Origin: Escherichia phage vB_Ec-G1
Length of the DNA stretch: 64,000 nt
Strand: one strand, 5' to 3'
Sequence record: PQ433349.1
Shown: piece after piece, positions 48,530-56,860 of the stretch
Layout: each line of letters starts with the position of its first letter
How positions within the stretch are numbered: position 1 is the first letter of the stretch
Notes under the pieces: generated by a model
Database searches by the model: none
What the model saw: only the letters and a program-made list of their open reading frames with translations
What the model was told of the DNA's origin: nothing
Translations under genes and position numbers: made by a program

Positions 48530-48767
48530 TTGTTTTCTCCTAGATCTAAACTAATTAAGAAGTCACGAAGGATGATCATTTGTTCTGTAGACAATGATAA
48601 CACACTCTCCTATTATTGTTCTTGATCTTACGATCATCTACCGATAAGAACAAGTACTTAAATCTCTGTTCTTCGAACATCTAACGATAGAGATTAATCT
48701 ATTACATAATCTATACTCGCTATCGCTCGACCCTTCGGGGTTAGGGTAGCATATTTTTTGAAAAAAG
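48530..48767 (-). promoter_or_regulatory. long structured intergenic leader with palindromes
   Basis: About 235 nt without ORF in a tightly packed region; minus-strand TTGTTC-17-TAAGAT promoter-like element and several inverted repeats. Confidence 0.3.
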
Positions 48768-49124
48768 TCAACATTTATTTTTGGTAAGCAGATAAATCAA
48801 CTGTTCACCTGCTTCTGGTGCATATAGTGATTTAGTATCGAAGTCAAAGAAGTGAGTGACTCCTGTTACTTTGGATGCCTGAATAGATAATCGTGCAAGC
48901 TTAAGCAGATTATCCATTTCCGCAATCTTTGCACGAAATACTGCACGTGTAGCGTCAAAAGCTGCATGTGGCATGTATTTACGATTTAGACTACTACGTT
49001 TAAATTTACGATAATCTGCAATGATCTTGTTACGTTCTTTGTTCAAGTGCTTTACCAGTGCAGTGTATACATGTGGTTCTTTGTTAGCCATTGTTAATCT
49101 CCTCTTCATATGTTGGTAGTGCAT
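48768..49124 (-). CDS. hypothetical basic protein
   Basis: Track ORF 118 aa. Confidence 0.45.
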   Translation of the reverse strand: MHYQHMKRRLTMANKEPHVYTALVKHLNKERNKIIADYRKFKRSSLNRKYMPHAAFDATRAVFRAKIAEMDNLLKLARLSIQASKVTGVTHFFDFDTKSLYAPEAGEQLIYLLTKNKC

Positions 49125-49296
49125 GGTATGCGATCACAGGTGCCAAGTCAAAATAAAAATGACCATTGATAACAGCTATCGTGCCATTGCGTGTTTTGTT
49201 AACTTCACAGAATCCCTTCTTGCCGTTTGCCATGATTACAAGCCACTCTCCGATAGGAACATCCTCGGTACCAGATACTTTAATCCATCCACTCAC
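49084..49296 (-). CDS. hypothetical protein
   Basis: Track ORF 70 aa. Confidence 0.4.
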   Translation of the reverse strand: MSGWIKVSGTEDVPIGEWLVIMANGKKGFCEVNKTRNGTIAVINGHFYFDLAPVIAYHALPTYEEEINNG

Positions 49297-49550
49297 TTTA
49301 CTTCCCCTTTGTAATCGGACACTATACCAGGCCTTACTTTTGCCTTAAGATGTTTCAACTCTACCATAGGAGTTGCCACTTGTATAGGGCTAACTTCAAC
49401 CTTGTAGATAGTATATTCATAAGTCGCATATTTACCTATGGAATGCAAATACTTAATTGCGTGTTCAGGGGAATCTGCTTCAACATACCCTAAATCTTTC
49501 GTAGTACGACCTTCGGTATCGCCTTCAGTGGTTACGTGATAAAGTGTCAT
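49293..49550 (-). CDS. hypothetical protein
   Basis: Track ORF 85 aa. Confidence 0.45.
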   Translation of the reverse strand: MTLYHVTTEGDTEGRTTKDLGYVEADSPEHAIKYLHSIGKYATYEYTIYKVEVSPIQVATPMVELKHLKAKVRPGIVSDYKGEVK

Positions 49551-49870
49551 AAAACCTCCTTCTGGTTGGCTGCTTCAATCATAACGTTAAGAGTCTCCAT
49601 ACCGCTTTCAACTGCTTGAGCAATCTCTTGGAACACTGTTTTCTTAAAGATGTATAAAGATCCTGCCTGTAAGCGTTGCACACAGCATAAGAGGGTTTGG
49701 TGATCCATAACAAAGTCTCCATAAGCACAATCAATTTTCCCTGTGATTGGGTTGTCTCGTGAGCGAGGATCGTATTCTAATGTGATATGCGTTACACCAG
49801 GTAAAGTAACAAACTGACAACGGATGTTGACACGTGGTGCAATTGACACGCTAAACAAACTGTTTGACAT
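49547..49870 (-). CDS. hypothetical protein
   Basis: Track ORF 107 aa. Confidence 0.45.
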   Translation of the reverse strand: MSNSLFSVSIAPRVNIRCQFVTLPGVTHITLEYDPRSRDNPITGKIDCAYGDFVMDHQTLLCCVQRLQAGSLYIFKKTVFQEIAQAVESGMETLNVMIEAANQKEVL

Positions 49871-50017
49871 TTAAACCTCCTCGTAGTAAGGCAAAGCTTT
49901 GATCAGCTGTTCTGAAGTGCCATTCTCTGTCCATGTAACCCCGTTGTCAAGAGAAACATACCCTTTCTTATCGATAAATTTACGGAGACAACCAGTGAAC
50001 TTGTTTTTGTAGATCAT
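49871..50017 (-). CDS. small protein (about 48 aa, not in ORF track)
   Basis: ATG overlaps upstream stop; stop abuts next ATG (TAAATG). Confidence 0.35.
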   Translation of the reverse strand: MIYKNKFTGCLRKFIDKKGYVSLDNGVTWTENGTSEQLIKALPYYEEV

Positions 50018-50457
50018 TTCTTCTTTCCTTTCTTTAATTTGTTGTGACCTTTACCCTTATAAAGCTTGTGATTACGAGCAGATGGGTTATTTTGGTTCTC
50101 CAGTCGGCTAACAGGTGTATTCCAAAGATTTCCTGCTACAAAAGATGCTGCCACAAGTTCTTCCAGGTATACAAAATCCAAAGCAGGTATCTTTGTTTCC
50201 CTCATCTTGCGTTCTACATTAGACAACACGCCTTCTTCCTTACTGTCTTCTTTTTCAATTACAGACCAACCCTCTTCCTGCCAAGCTTCCCCTCTGAACC
50301 AAGTTTCCATGTTATAACCTTGTTCGTCGAGAATAACACCATCTCGCATCTCAAACCATTCGCCACCACAAAAATGGCGGTGCTCAACACGTCTACCTTC
50401 CTTCATTGCTTCTTTAGCTTCGGGCCAAGTCAGTTTGATGTTTTGGATGTTTTGCAT
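50014..50457 (-). CDS. DUF2829-like protein (tentative)
   Basis: N-terminal LTWPEAKEAMKEGRRVEHRHF resembles DUF2829 F.EAL.A.K.GkkV.R..W pattern; first gene after divergent promoter region. Confidence 0.4.
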   Translation of the reverse strand: MQNIQNIKLTWPEAKEAMKEGRRVEHRHFCGGEWFEMRDGVILDEQGYNMETWFRGEAWQEEGWSVIEKEDSKEEGVLSNVERKMRETKIPALDFVYLEELVAASFVAGNLWNTPVSRLENQNNPSARNHKLYKGKGHNKLKKGKKK

Positions 50458-50571
50458 TTGTTTTCTCCTTTTGTTTGGTAGGAGTTGATCTTAACAAGAT
50501 TAAAAAGTATGTCAATACTTGATCTGAAATTATTTTCAGGTATCATGTATGAACATTAACAAGAGAGGTAG
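50458..50571. promoter_or_regulatory. divergent promoter region
   Basis: Non-coding gap between minus-strand and plus-strand operons; TTGATC-17-ATCATG like element and imperfect palindrome GATCTGAAA...TTTCAGGTATC. Confidence 0.4.
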
Positions 50572-50865
50572 ATGATGAACATTACTTTAGCAACTAAGAA
50601 TATTTCTGAAACAATTAACGGTTTTGGTGTGATTGTAGCCTTGCACGGTAACAATGAGAAATGGTTGGCTTCTTTTGAAGAGGATCGTCAACACAACATT
50701 ATTTTAGATGCCCCTATAAAAGTTATGCATATCGTTGGTGAAAGCAAAGTGCTCACTTCCTCCCGTTCAAAAGAACAAATTACAAATGAATTAGTAAAAC
50801 TGCTTGACAATGTTCTTAACATGTTTGATAATGCACCCATCGATACAAAACGTGTCTTAATGTGA
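50572..50865 (+). CDS. hypothetical protein
   Basis: Track ORF 97 aa. Confidence 0.45.
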   Translation: MMNITLATKNISETINGFGVIVALHGNNEKWLASFEEDRQHNIILDAPIKVMHIVGESKVLTSSRSKEQITNELVKLLDNVLNMFDNAPIDTKRVLM

Positions 50866-50877
50866 GAGGAGAACAAA

Positions 50878-51165
50878 ATGTACTATTCACAAGACGAAGC
50901 AGCAAACATTAAACTGGCAGTTGGCGATCTTATTGTGTCACCTAACTACCATTGGGATAACACAGATTTGGTTGAAGTAGTAACTCATGTTGGGTTTGAG
51001 GGTGTTGTGCTCTACACACTGGGTGGAGGTGTTGTTGGGGAAATGGAACGTTATACAACAACGAAGAAACTGGTAAGCTCTTATCGCATGTTTTTACACC
51101 AAGGTTCGGAAGAGTATACAGCTTTCTTGTTGAAATTAGATGCAGATCGGGAGAAGGCACGATGA
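50878..51165 (+). CDS. hypothetical protein
   Basis: Track ORF 95 aa. Confidence 0.45.
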   Translation: MYYSQDEAANIKLAVGDLIVSPNYHWDNTDLVEVVTHVGFEGVVLYTLGGGVVGEMERYTTTKKLVSSYRMFLHQGSEEYTAFLLKLDADREKAR

Positions 51166-51518
51166 AAATTGTACACGATGAAATTCAAATAGAAGAAAGT
51201 GACCTGATGGATTTGGATGCAGTTTTGGGGAAGGTAATCTATGCAGGAATTAAAGCCTTCCGTGAGAAGGCAAACAATAGCACGTTTGTCATGATCCCCA
51301 CTAAACTGATGCGTGTTTTGTATCCAAATAGAAGTGCGTCGTATACAGATGAAGAAGAGGAGACAGGTAGAAGAGAGTGGTTAAATATTTTAGAAAAGAT
51401 GGAGAATGCTTTTATTGATAGTGGTAATCCAGAAATCGTGTATGCTGAAGATCAAAGGAAGGCACGGTTAGAGGGCCGTCTTTTATTCGCTAGTTATTTT
51501 GATAATCTTTGGAGCTAA
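51162..51518 (+). CDS. hypothetical protein
   Basis: Track ORF 118 aa. Confidence 0.45.
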   Translation: MKIVHDEIQIEESDLMDLDAVLGKVIYAGIKAFREKANNSTFVMIPTKLMRVLYPNRSASYTDEEEETGRREWLNILEKMENAFIDSGNPEIVYAEDQRKARLEGRLLFASYFDNLWS

Positions 51519-51697
51519 ATATGTCTGAATTCTTCATAATGGCTTTCTTAGGGATCTATCTGATTATTAGTGCTGTTGGCTTAATCATGTCTCTAATAGA
51601 GGAAATGGGAATTAAGTGGAATTGTGCATTCGGTATAGCTCTTATGCTCACTCCAGTTTGGATCTACATTTGCAAATCGGTTGAACTAATTGGTTAA
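51509..51697 (+). CDS. small membrane protein
   Basis: 62 aa, two hydrophobic helices. Confidence 0.4.
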   Translation: MELNMSEFFIMAFLGIYLIISAVGLIMSLIEEMGIKWNCAFGIALMLTPVWIYICKSVELIG

Positions 51698-51707
51698 TGG
51701 AGGTAAT

Positions 51708-52046
51708 ATGTTTAGTAAAGAAATGAGAGAGGTGATCGCTACTCTGGTAGTTGATCATGGTGTTGAAGTTGAGCGTCACGTTTGGAAAGACGAGCCTCCT
51801 TTCTTTGATTTGGCATCACGGGCTAAAAGTCACATGTATCTCCTTGAAGATGATAAGGATTTTATTCTGCGTATGCGTTATGATCGAGAGTTTAGAATTC
51901 CTCTTGACACAGATCCTGATGATGTAGTATTGTGGTTGGCAGAGCATTTCGCATTTAACGCTCTACATGGAAGAAGTTTTGGTAATGAACGTTGGGATAC
52001 CATTTGTCGTAAACATAATATTGAACCAGAATACGGGAGTATGTAG
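51708..52046 (+). CDS. hypothetical protein
   Basis: Internal Met of track ORF 51690..52046. Confidence 0.45.
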   Translation: MFSKEMREVIATLVVDHGVEVERHVWKDEPPFFDLASRAKSHMYLLEDDKDFILRMRYDREFRIPLDTDPDDVVLWLAEHFAFNALHGRSFGNERWDTICRKHNIEPEYGSM

Positions 52047-52297
52047 TGTTAAGTATCAAACCTAAAATGATTACTGAAGATCAAAAAGATTACATTTATA
52101 AATGTGGTCGGGTGTGGAAAGAATACACTAAAGGTAATGAAGTTATTGTAGTTACGGAACATGCTATTTCTTTATCAGATCTTTTTGGTGATTATTTGCA
52201 AGTCATTAAAATTGGTATTGACAGAGGTTTGGTGCAGGTGTTAACATTATCCCAAGTTGAAGCAGAACACTTAGACAAAATCATTGTCGAGTTCTAA
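52046..52297 (+). CDS. hypothetical protein
   Basis: Track ORF 83 aa. Confidence 0.45.
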   Translation: MLSIKPKMITEDQKDYIYKCGRVWKEYTKGNEVIVVTEHAISLSDLFGDYLQVIKIGIDRGLVQVLTLSQVEAEHLDKIIVEF

Positions 52298-52310
52298 AAG
52301 GAGAAAGAAT

Positions 52311-52475
52311 ATGATCTCTTTAGAATCAATAGCTTTTAAGAAAGGGTATACCGCAGGGTTCAAGTTTGGTATGTTTAATAAAGTAAATCCATATTGTCTA
52401 ATGACACACAAAAAGGAATTCGAAGAATGGGAAGATGGATTTTCTAAAGGCTATCAGGCAAAGGGTTGGTTGTAA
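52311..52475 (+). CDS. hypothetical small protein
   Basis: AAGGAGA RBS before internal ATG of track ORF 52284..52475. Confidence 0.4.
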   Translation: MISLESIAFKKGYTAGFKFGMFNKVNPYCLMTHKKEFEEWEDGFSKGYQAKGWL

Positions 52476-52484
52476 GGAGAGAAT

Positions 52485-52649
52485 ATGATTTTAAACTTCA
52501 TCATCAACTTGTGTTTGACATTGGGACTACTTTGTGCAATAGTATCCCCTTTGGTTGGTGAATATTGTTCTGAATTGGCGATGTTTATAGTTCTTGGTGC
52601 GGCTATTGCTAATATGTTTGTCGCTGCGATTTGTATGTTGTGGGAATAG
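52485..52649 (+). CDS. small membrane protein (54 aa, not in ORF track)
   Basis: AAGGAGAG RBS; entirely hydrophobic. Confidence 0.35.
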   Translation: MILNFIINLCLTLGLLCAIVSPLVGEYCSELAMFIVLGAAIANMFVAAICMLWE

Positions 52650-52660
52650 GAGGGAAGTTT

Positions 52661-53017
52661 ATGAAAAAATTAATCTTAGCCACATTGCTGGCTACCGTAA
52701 GCTTCACCACTTACGCTCAAAAATTTGTAGCAGTTAAAACGGATATTGGTAAAGATGTTGTGATCACAGGCAACAAGTTTTACTATACACCTGGGAATGG
52801 TGTTCTAGAAGAGTGCAAAGATGTTGAGGCATATACAGGAAAAGAAGATAACACGGAACGTCCTTTTTATTCGATTATAGCTACTTGCAAAAATGAAATA
52901 GTAGCTATTAAACAATACAAAGATGCCCCTGGAGGAGAGTACTTATTAATCAAGAATATTAAGAGTGAAAAAACTGCAAAGTTTACAGTAATTATTTTAA
53001 AAGGAGAAACGTTCTAA
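52661..53017 (+). CDS. secreted protein with signal peptide
   Basis: MKKLILATLLATVSFTTYA signal peptide; GGAGGG RBS. Confidence 0.5.
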   Translation: MKKLILATLLATVSFTTYAQKFVAVKTDIGKDVVITGNKFYYTPGNGVLEECKDVEAYTGKEDNTERPFYSIIATCKNEIVAIKQYKDAPGGEYLLIKNIKSEKTAKFTVIILKGETF

Positions 53018-54156
53018 TGAAATACACTATTTTTGGAGATGTAGCTGTTGTAAATAAGGAATATGGCGTTGAAGCTAATAAACTTCCTGCTGGAGTTTGG
53101 GTTGTCAACTGCGATCCGCACGGTAACTACTCTTTAGTGCGTGGCGAAAGTTTCTCTCTTCCGAACACTCTTTATGGGGAAACTAAAGACCGCGCCGCAC
53201 ATGTTATTAAAACATTTGCTCGTCGTAGTAAAGAAGGTAAAAATACTGGGGTGTTACTGACAGGGACAAAGGGCAGTGGTAAGACGATGTTAGCTAAACT
53301 GATTAGCATGTCCCTAATGTCCACAGAAGGTTTAGGTATTCCAACCATTTTGGTGACACAGCCTTACACAGATGCTGGATTCTTAGAATTTATGAGTAAA
53401 ATTACAGATCGTGCTGTTGTTTTATTTGACGAGTTTGATAAAGTGTACGCTAAGAAAGAAGATCAGGAAGCACTGTTGACCTTGTTGGATGGAACAGGAA
53501 GTGGAAATAAACTTTACATCCTCACTAAAAATAGTGGCTATATCTCGGAATATTTTGTAAACCGTCCTAGTCGTATCTACTACAGTTTCAATTACGATAA
53601 ACTGTCTAGTGAAACTATGTTAGATTACTTGGATAAGAACTTGGTAAATAAAAAGCACGTAGATAACTTCCAACGTTTATGGGATGTTAGCACAGAGTTG
53701 TCTTTCGATGTTATTCAAGGCATTGTAGAAGAATTGAATTTCTATCCAAAAATGACTTTTAAAGAATGTCTTGAAATGATGGGTATTTCTTTAGGGAACG
53801 ATGCTAAATGGAATGTGGCTTCTATCGTAGCTAATGGCAAAACCTTGAAGGTGAATTGGATCAATAACTGGCACGACTTCACCCCTACTAAGTTTTTGTC
53901 GGGTGCTTGTTCCCTGAACATCTATCTACAAAGTTTGAAAGATGATGAAGTGGAAGCAATGGAAACCAACAGTTATGTTATCCTGGATGAAGATGGTGAT
54001 CCACATATTGATCTATGTGCAACGGCTGATGGTCTAACTTGTGATCTGATTGAAGGTGGTAAGATTCTGGTTATGAGCACTACACCAGGAAACACTCTGC
54101 GAGTGGTGCTGGAGCCTGTAACACAACGTTCCACTACTTTGGGTAGCGTATTCTAA
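53017..54156 (+). CDS. AAA+ ATPase
   Basis: Walker A GTKGSGKT, Walker B VVLFDEFD. Confidence 0.6.
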   Translation: MKYTIFGDVAVVNKEYGVEANKLPAGVWVVNCDPHGNYSLVRGESFSLPNTLYGETKDRAAHVIKTFARRSKEGKNTGVLLTGTKGSGKTMLAKLISMSLMSTEGLGIPTILVTQPYTDAGFLEFMSKITDRAVVLFDEFDKVYAKKEDQEALLTLLDGTGSGNKLYILTKNSGYISEYFVNRPSRIYYSFNYDKLSSETMLDYLDKNLVNKKHVDNFQRLWDVSTELSFDVIQGIVEELNFYPKMTFKECLEMMGISLGNDAKWNVASIVANGKTLKVNWINNWHDFTPTKFLSGACSLNIYLQSLKDDEVEAMETNSYVILDEDGDPHIDLCATADGLTCDLIEGGKILVMSTTPGNTLRVVLEPVTQRSTTLGSVF

Positions 54157-54172
54157 TAAGGCTCCCTTATTA

Positions 54173-54197
54173 AACCCGCTTCGGCGGGTTTTGTTAT
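54173..54197 (+). terminator. intrinsic terminator
   Basis: aacccgcttcggcgggtt hairpin followed by ttgtt. Confidence 0.7.
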
Positions 54198-54224
54198 ATT
54201 GATTTCAGTTTAATAGGAAGAGAA

Positions 54225-55226
54225 TTGTTAGATATGCCAGTAAAGAAGAGTATTGAAACATATATGGAAGAATGTAAGCCGATAGCTGAGGCTAAAGGGA
54301 TTACCATTCTCGGCACGTATGGAGAAGATAAAGGTGTGCATACGAAGATGATCAATCGTTGTGAACATGGTCATGAATGGAACACTACAACCTTTAATAA
54401 ATTTAAGTCTGGTCGTGGTTGCCCTGTTTGTAGGTATGAGAGAGCAGGACAAGCTAAAACTATTCCAGATGATCAGCACATACAAGATTTTATGAATACA
54501 GGCAAGTTTAAACCTGGGACTATCTTCACTAATACAGGAAAACGAGCTAAAGGAGGGCGCAATATTTTATGGTGTGTAGAGTGTCCTGTTTGTAGTGTTG
54601 ATGAATATGTTCAAGCGGGTGTCTGCAATGGTAAATTTTACTCTACAGGGAGTAGCCTTAAAAAAGGGCAAACCCCTTGCCGTTGTGCAACTAACTATCA
54701 CCACACAGAAGAACAGATCACCTACAGAACAAAGAAGGAAGTAGAGAGTAAAGGATACATTTGGATAGGATGGATCGGGAAACCTTTTGCACATGGTAAG
54801 TTTAAATATGGATGTAAGGAGCACGGAGAGCAGATAGGACGTGCAAGGGATTTATTACACCAGGGTAGTGGTTGTCCTGGTTGCGCTGGCAAGAATCAAC
54901 AACAGGCATACATTAACAACGTCTATGATGAACAAGGTGTTCTTTGTGCATTGAAGTTTGGCATTGCCAATAATAGCGATCAGCGTATTAAGATCCAGAA
55001 CTACAACAATGTGTTTACGATGAAACAAACCCAAGTGTGGCGCTTCCCTACTGTGAAGCAATGCAAAGATGCAGAGAAGCGTTGTAAGCGTGTCCTTCAC
55101 ACGGAAGCAGTGAGCAAATATTCTATGCCAGATGGCTACACAGAGACAGTGGAGTTATCTTGCATGGCATCAATACAAAATATTTATAAACTTTATGGTG
55201 GAACATTACAGGAGGAAACATGTTAG
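54225..55226 (+). CDS. zinc-ribbon-repeat protein with GIY-YIG/T5orf172-like C-terminal domain (tentative)
   Basis: Three repeats of C.HG..W ... G.GCP.C; C-terminal YINNVYDEQGVLCALKFGIANNSDQRIK; sits right after a terminator. Confidence 0.45.
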   Translation: MLDMPVKKSIETYMEECKPIAEAKGITILGTYGEDKGVHTKMINRCEHGHEWNTTTFNKFKSGRGCPVCRYERAGQAKTIPDDQHIQDFMNTGKFKPGTIFTNTGKRAKGGRNILWCVECPVCSVDEYVQAGVCNGKFYSTGSSLKKGQTPCRCATNYHHTEEQITYRTKKEVESKGYIWIGWIGKPFAHGKFKYGCKEHGEQIGRARDLLHQGSGCPGCAGKNQQQAYINNVYDEQGVLCALKFGIANNSDQRIKIQNYNNVFTMKQTQVWRFPTVKQCKDAEKRCKRVLHTEAVSKYSMPDGYTETVELSCMASIQNIYKLYGGTLQEETC

Positions 55227-55585
55227 TTGACGTTCAAATTATGCGCAACGAAAGAATGGACTTCTTTGAAGCAGTAGAGAAACATCTGATCCGATGGGAC
55301 TATGAATTTGTTCCTGCTGGATGTGGACCAGTAGAGCATTTAGCGGAAGACGACGATGTATACATGATCATTCGTCAAGTGTACCAGACAGACCAGTGTG
55401 AAGAAACTCCCGAACTGATTTTGTTTGAGTGTAAAGATCTTGCAAAATATTTTGACTATGGCGGAAAAGAGGGTCATAATCTCTCCAGATACAATAAACG
55501 TCTACTTATCTTAGACTACATGCGGAACAACAAACACAAACTCATCGACGCAGACGCAGTTTATGGCTACTGGTGGATGGACTAA
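55220..55585 (+). CDS. hypothetical protein
   Basis: Track ORF 121 aa. Confidence 0.45.
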   Translation: MLVDVQIMRNERMDFFEAVEKHLIRWDYEFVPAGCGPVEHLAEDDDVYMIIRQVYQTDQCEETPELILFECKDLAKYFDYGGKEGHNLSRYNKRLLILDYMRNNKHKLIDADAVYGYWWMD

Positions 55586-55598
55586 CAAAGGAGAAACT

Positions 55599-55778
55599 AT
55601 GGCACGTTTAGCAGATCATGAAATCTTTAAACCTATTCTGAACCACTATGATGAACTTAAAGCAGTGTTGGATTGTTATAGAGAGGATGAAGAACGTTTG
55701 GAAGTCAATCTTAAGATAGTTCTGATGAAAGCTTTTCAAGACGGGCAAGCTAAAGTTTTAGAAGGCATGAAAAAATGA
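55599..55778 (+). CDS. hypothetical small protein
   Basis: GGAG RBS before internal ATG of track ORF 55563..55778. Confidence 0.4.
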   Translation: MARLADHEIFKPILNHYDELKAVLDCYREDEERLEVNLKIVLMKAFQDGQAKVLEGMKK

Positions 55779-56317
55779 GAATAACTGATGAATATGTATT
55801 CTTCTTTTCACATAAAGATGTGTTTAGTAATTGGTATATTGCACCCTTTACAGAAACTGAACCAGGTTACAATGAGACTTTCTGTTGTGTTGAGCAATAT
55901 ATGATGTGGCGTAAGGCTTTGCTGTTCAAGGATCATGCGATTGCAGCAGCTATCCTTGATCACTCAACTATACGTGACAACGAGAGGAAACAAGCATACT
56001 ACAAACGTATGGGTCGAGCGGTATCTGGTTTTAATAATGATATGTGGGAAGAGAACCGTGAGCGTATTGTTATGCGAGGCTTATGCTTGAAATATGTACA
56101 GAATCCAGATTTGTATGCAGACTTACACCTTTACCAATACAAAACGTTTGTTGAAGCAAGCCCCTACGATAAGGTTTACGGAATTGGAATGGGGATGTAT
56201 GAACCAGGGGTGCTAAACCCTGCTACCTGGAAAGGGCAGAATCTTTTAGGCAAATATCATAATAAACTGATCGAAATACTTTTCCCAGACAAAATACCGC
56301 AAAGACGATATTTGTGA
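55775..56317 (+). CDS. NADAR-domain protein (YbiA-like ADP-ribose processing)
   Basis: FSNWY, CVEQYMMWRKALLF, RMGRAVSGFNNDMWEENRERIVMRGLCLKYVQNPDL, ASPYDKVYGIGMG align with E. coli YbiA as recalled. Confidence 0.75.
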   Translation: MRITDEYVFFFSHKDVFSNWYIAPFTETEPGYNETFCCVEQYMMWRKALLFKDHAIAAAILDHSTIRDNERKQAYYKRMGRAVSGFNNDMWEENRERIVMRGLCLKYVQNPDLYADLHLYQYKTFVEASPYDKVYGIGMGMYEPGVLNPATWKGQNLLGKYHNKLIEILFPDKIPQRRYL

Positions 56318-56372
56318 TATTTTAACTTTTTTCATTTTTAGAACAAAGGTGTCACTTTGTAGCACAGAAATA

Positions 56373-56408
56373 AGGCTCCTACAGCACCGTAGAGAGCCTG
56401 TTATTTTG
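56373..56408 (+). terminator. intrinsic terminator
   Basis: ggctcctac agcacc gtagagagcc hairpin followed by tgttattttg. Confidence 0.6.
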
Positions 56409-56561
56409 TCCTATACAAACCCTTATCTTTTTCAGTTTGCATCACTAGGATTCGATCTAAGTGGGTTCCTGAAGGTCTGCCAATAAGATTAAAGGTTATC
56501 TCAAATTCCCACTACCTATTATCTCAAAAATCCCTCAAATTATTTAAACTTTTTAAGAATT

Positions 56562-56740
56562 TACAAAAGTGAAAGTTGAAAACCAAAATTTAAAGTTTAG
56601 GAAAATTATCTTAAAATGTTAGATACAAAACAAAACTCAAAAATCAAGGAAAATTTTAAAAATTTTGCGCGCCCACAGTATTTAAAGTTTTTTTGCTTTT
56701 ACAAAAATGAAAGTACAAAAGCAAAATTTAAAGTTTACAA
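56562..56740. repeat. two about 38-bp direct repeats in an AT-rich non-coding region
   Basis: acaaaagtgaaagttgaaaaccaaaatttaaagtttag (56562-56600) vs acaaaaatgaaagtacaaaagcaaaatttaaagtttac (56701-56740), about 33/38 identical. Confidence 0.6.
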
Positions 56741-56789
56741 AAATTTATGCAGATGGGAATGAGAAGAGTTCTCATATGGAAATGCAAAT

Positions 56790-56860
56790 GATAATGATTC
56801 GCATTTAGGTTTATAAATGAGATTGATTCTTATTCAATAAGGTAAATGATAATCATTCTC
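56790..56860. promoter_or_regulatory. pair of Fur-box-like sites
   Basis: gataatgattcgcatt and aatgataatcattctc versus E. coli Fur consensus GATAATGATAATCATTATC. Confidence 0.45.

Noticed and set aside
50044-50481. 145-aa plus-strand ORF
   Set aside because: Antisense to the DUF2829-like gene, runs into the divergent promoter region, no RBS.
56400-56480. Possible tRNA gene (ggattcgatct resembles a T-loop)
   Set aside because: Could not build acceptor, D or anticodon stems around it by eye; no tRNA is claimed in this window without a tRNA-scanning tool.
56640-56790. 48-aa Lys-rich plus-strand ORF in the AT-rich repeat region
   Set aside because: Composition-driven (AAA/AAT runs), overlaps the direct repeats, no RBS; more likely non-coding.
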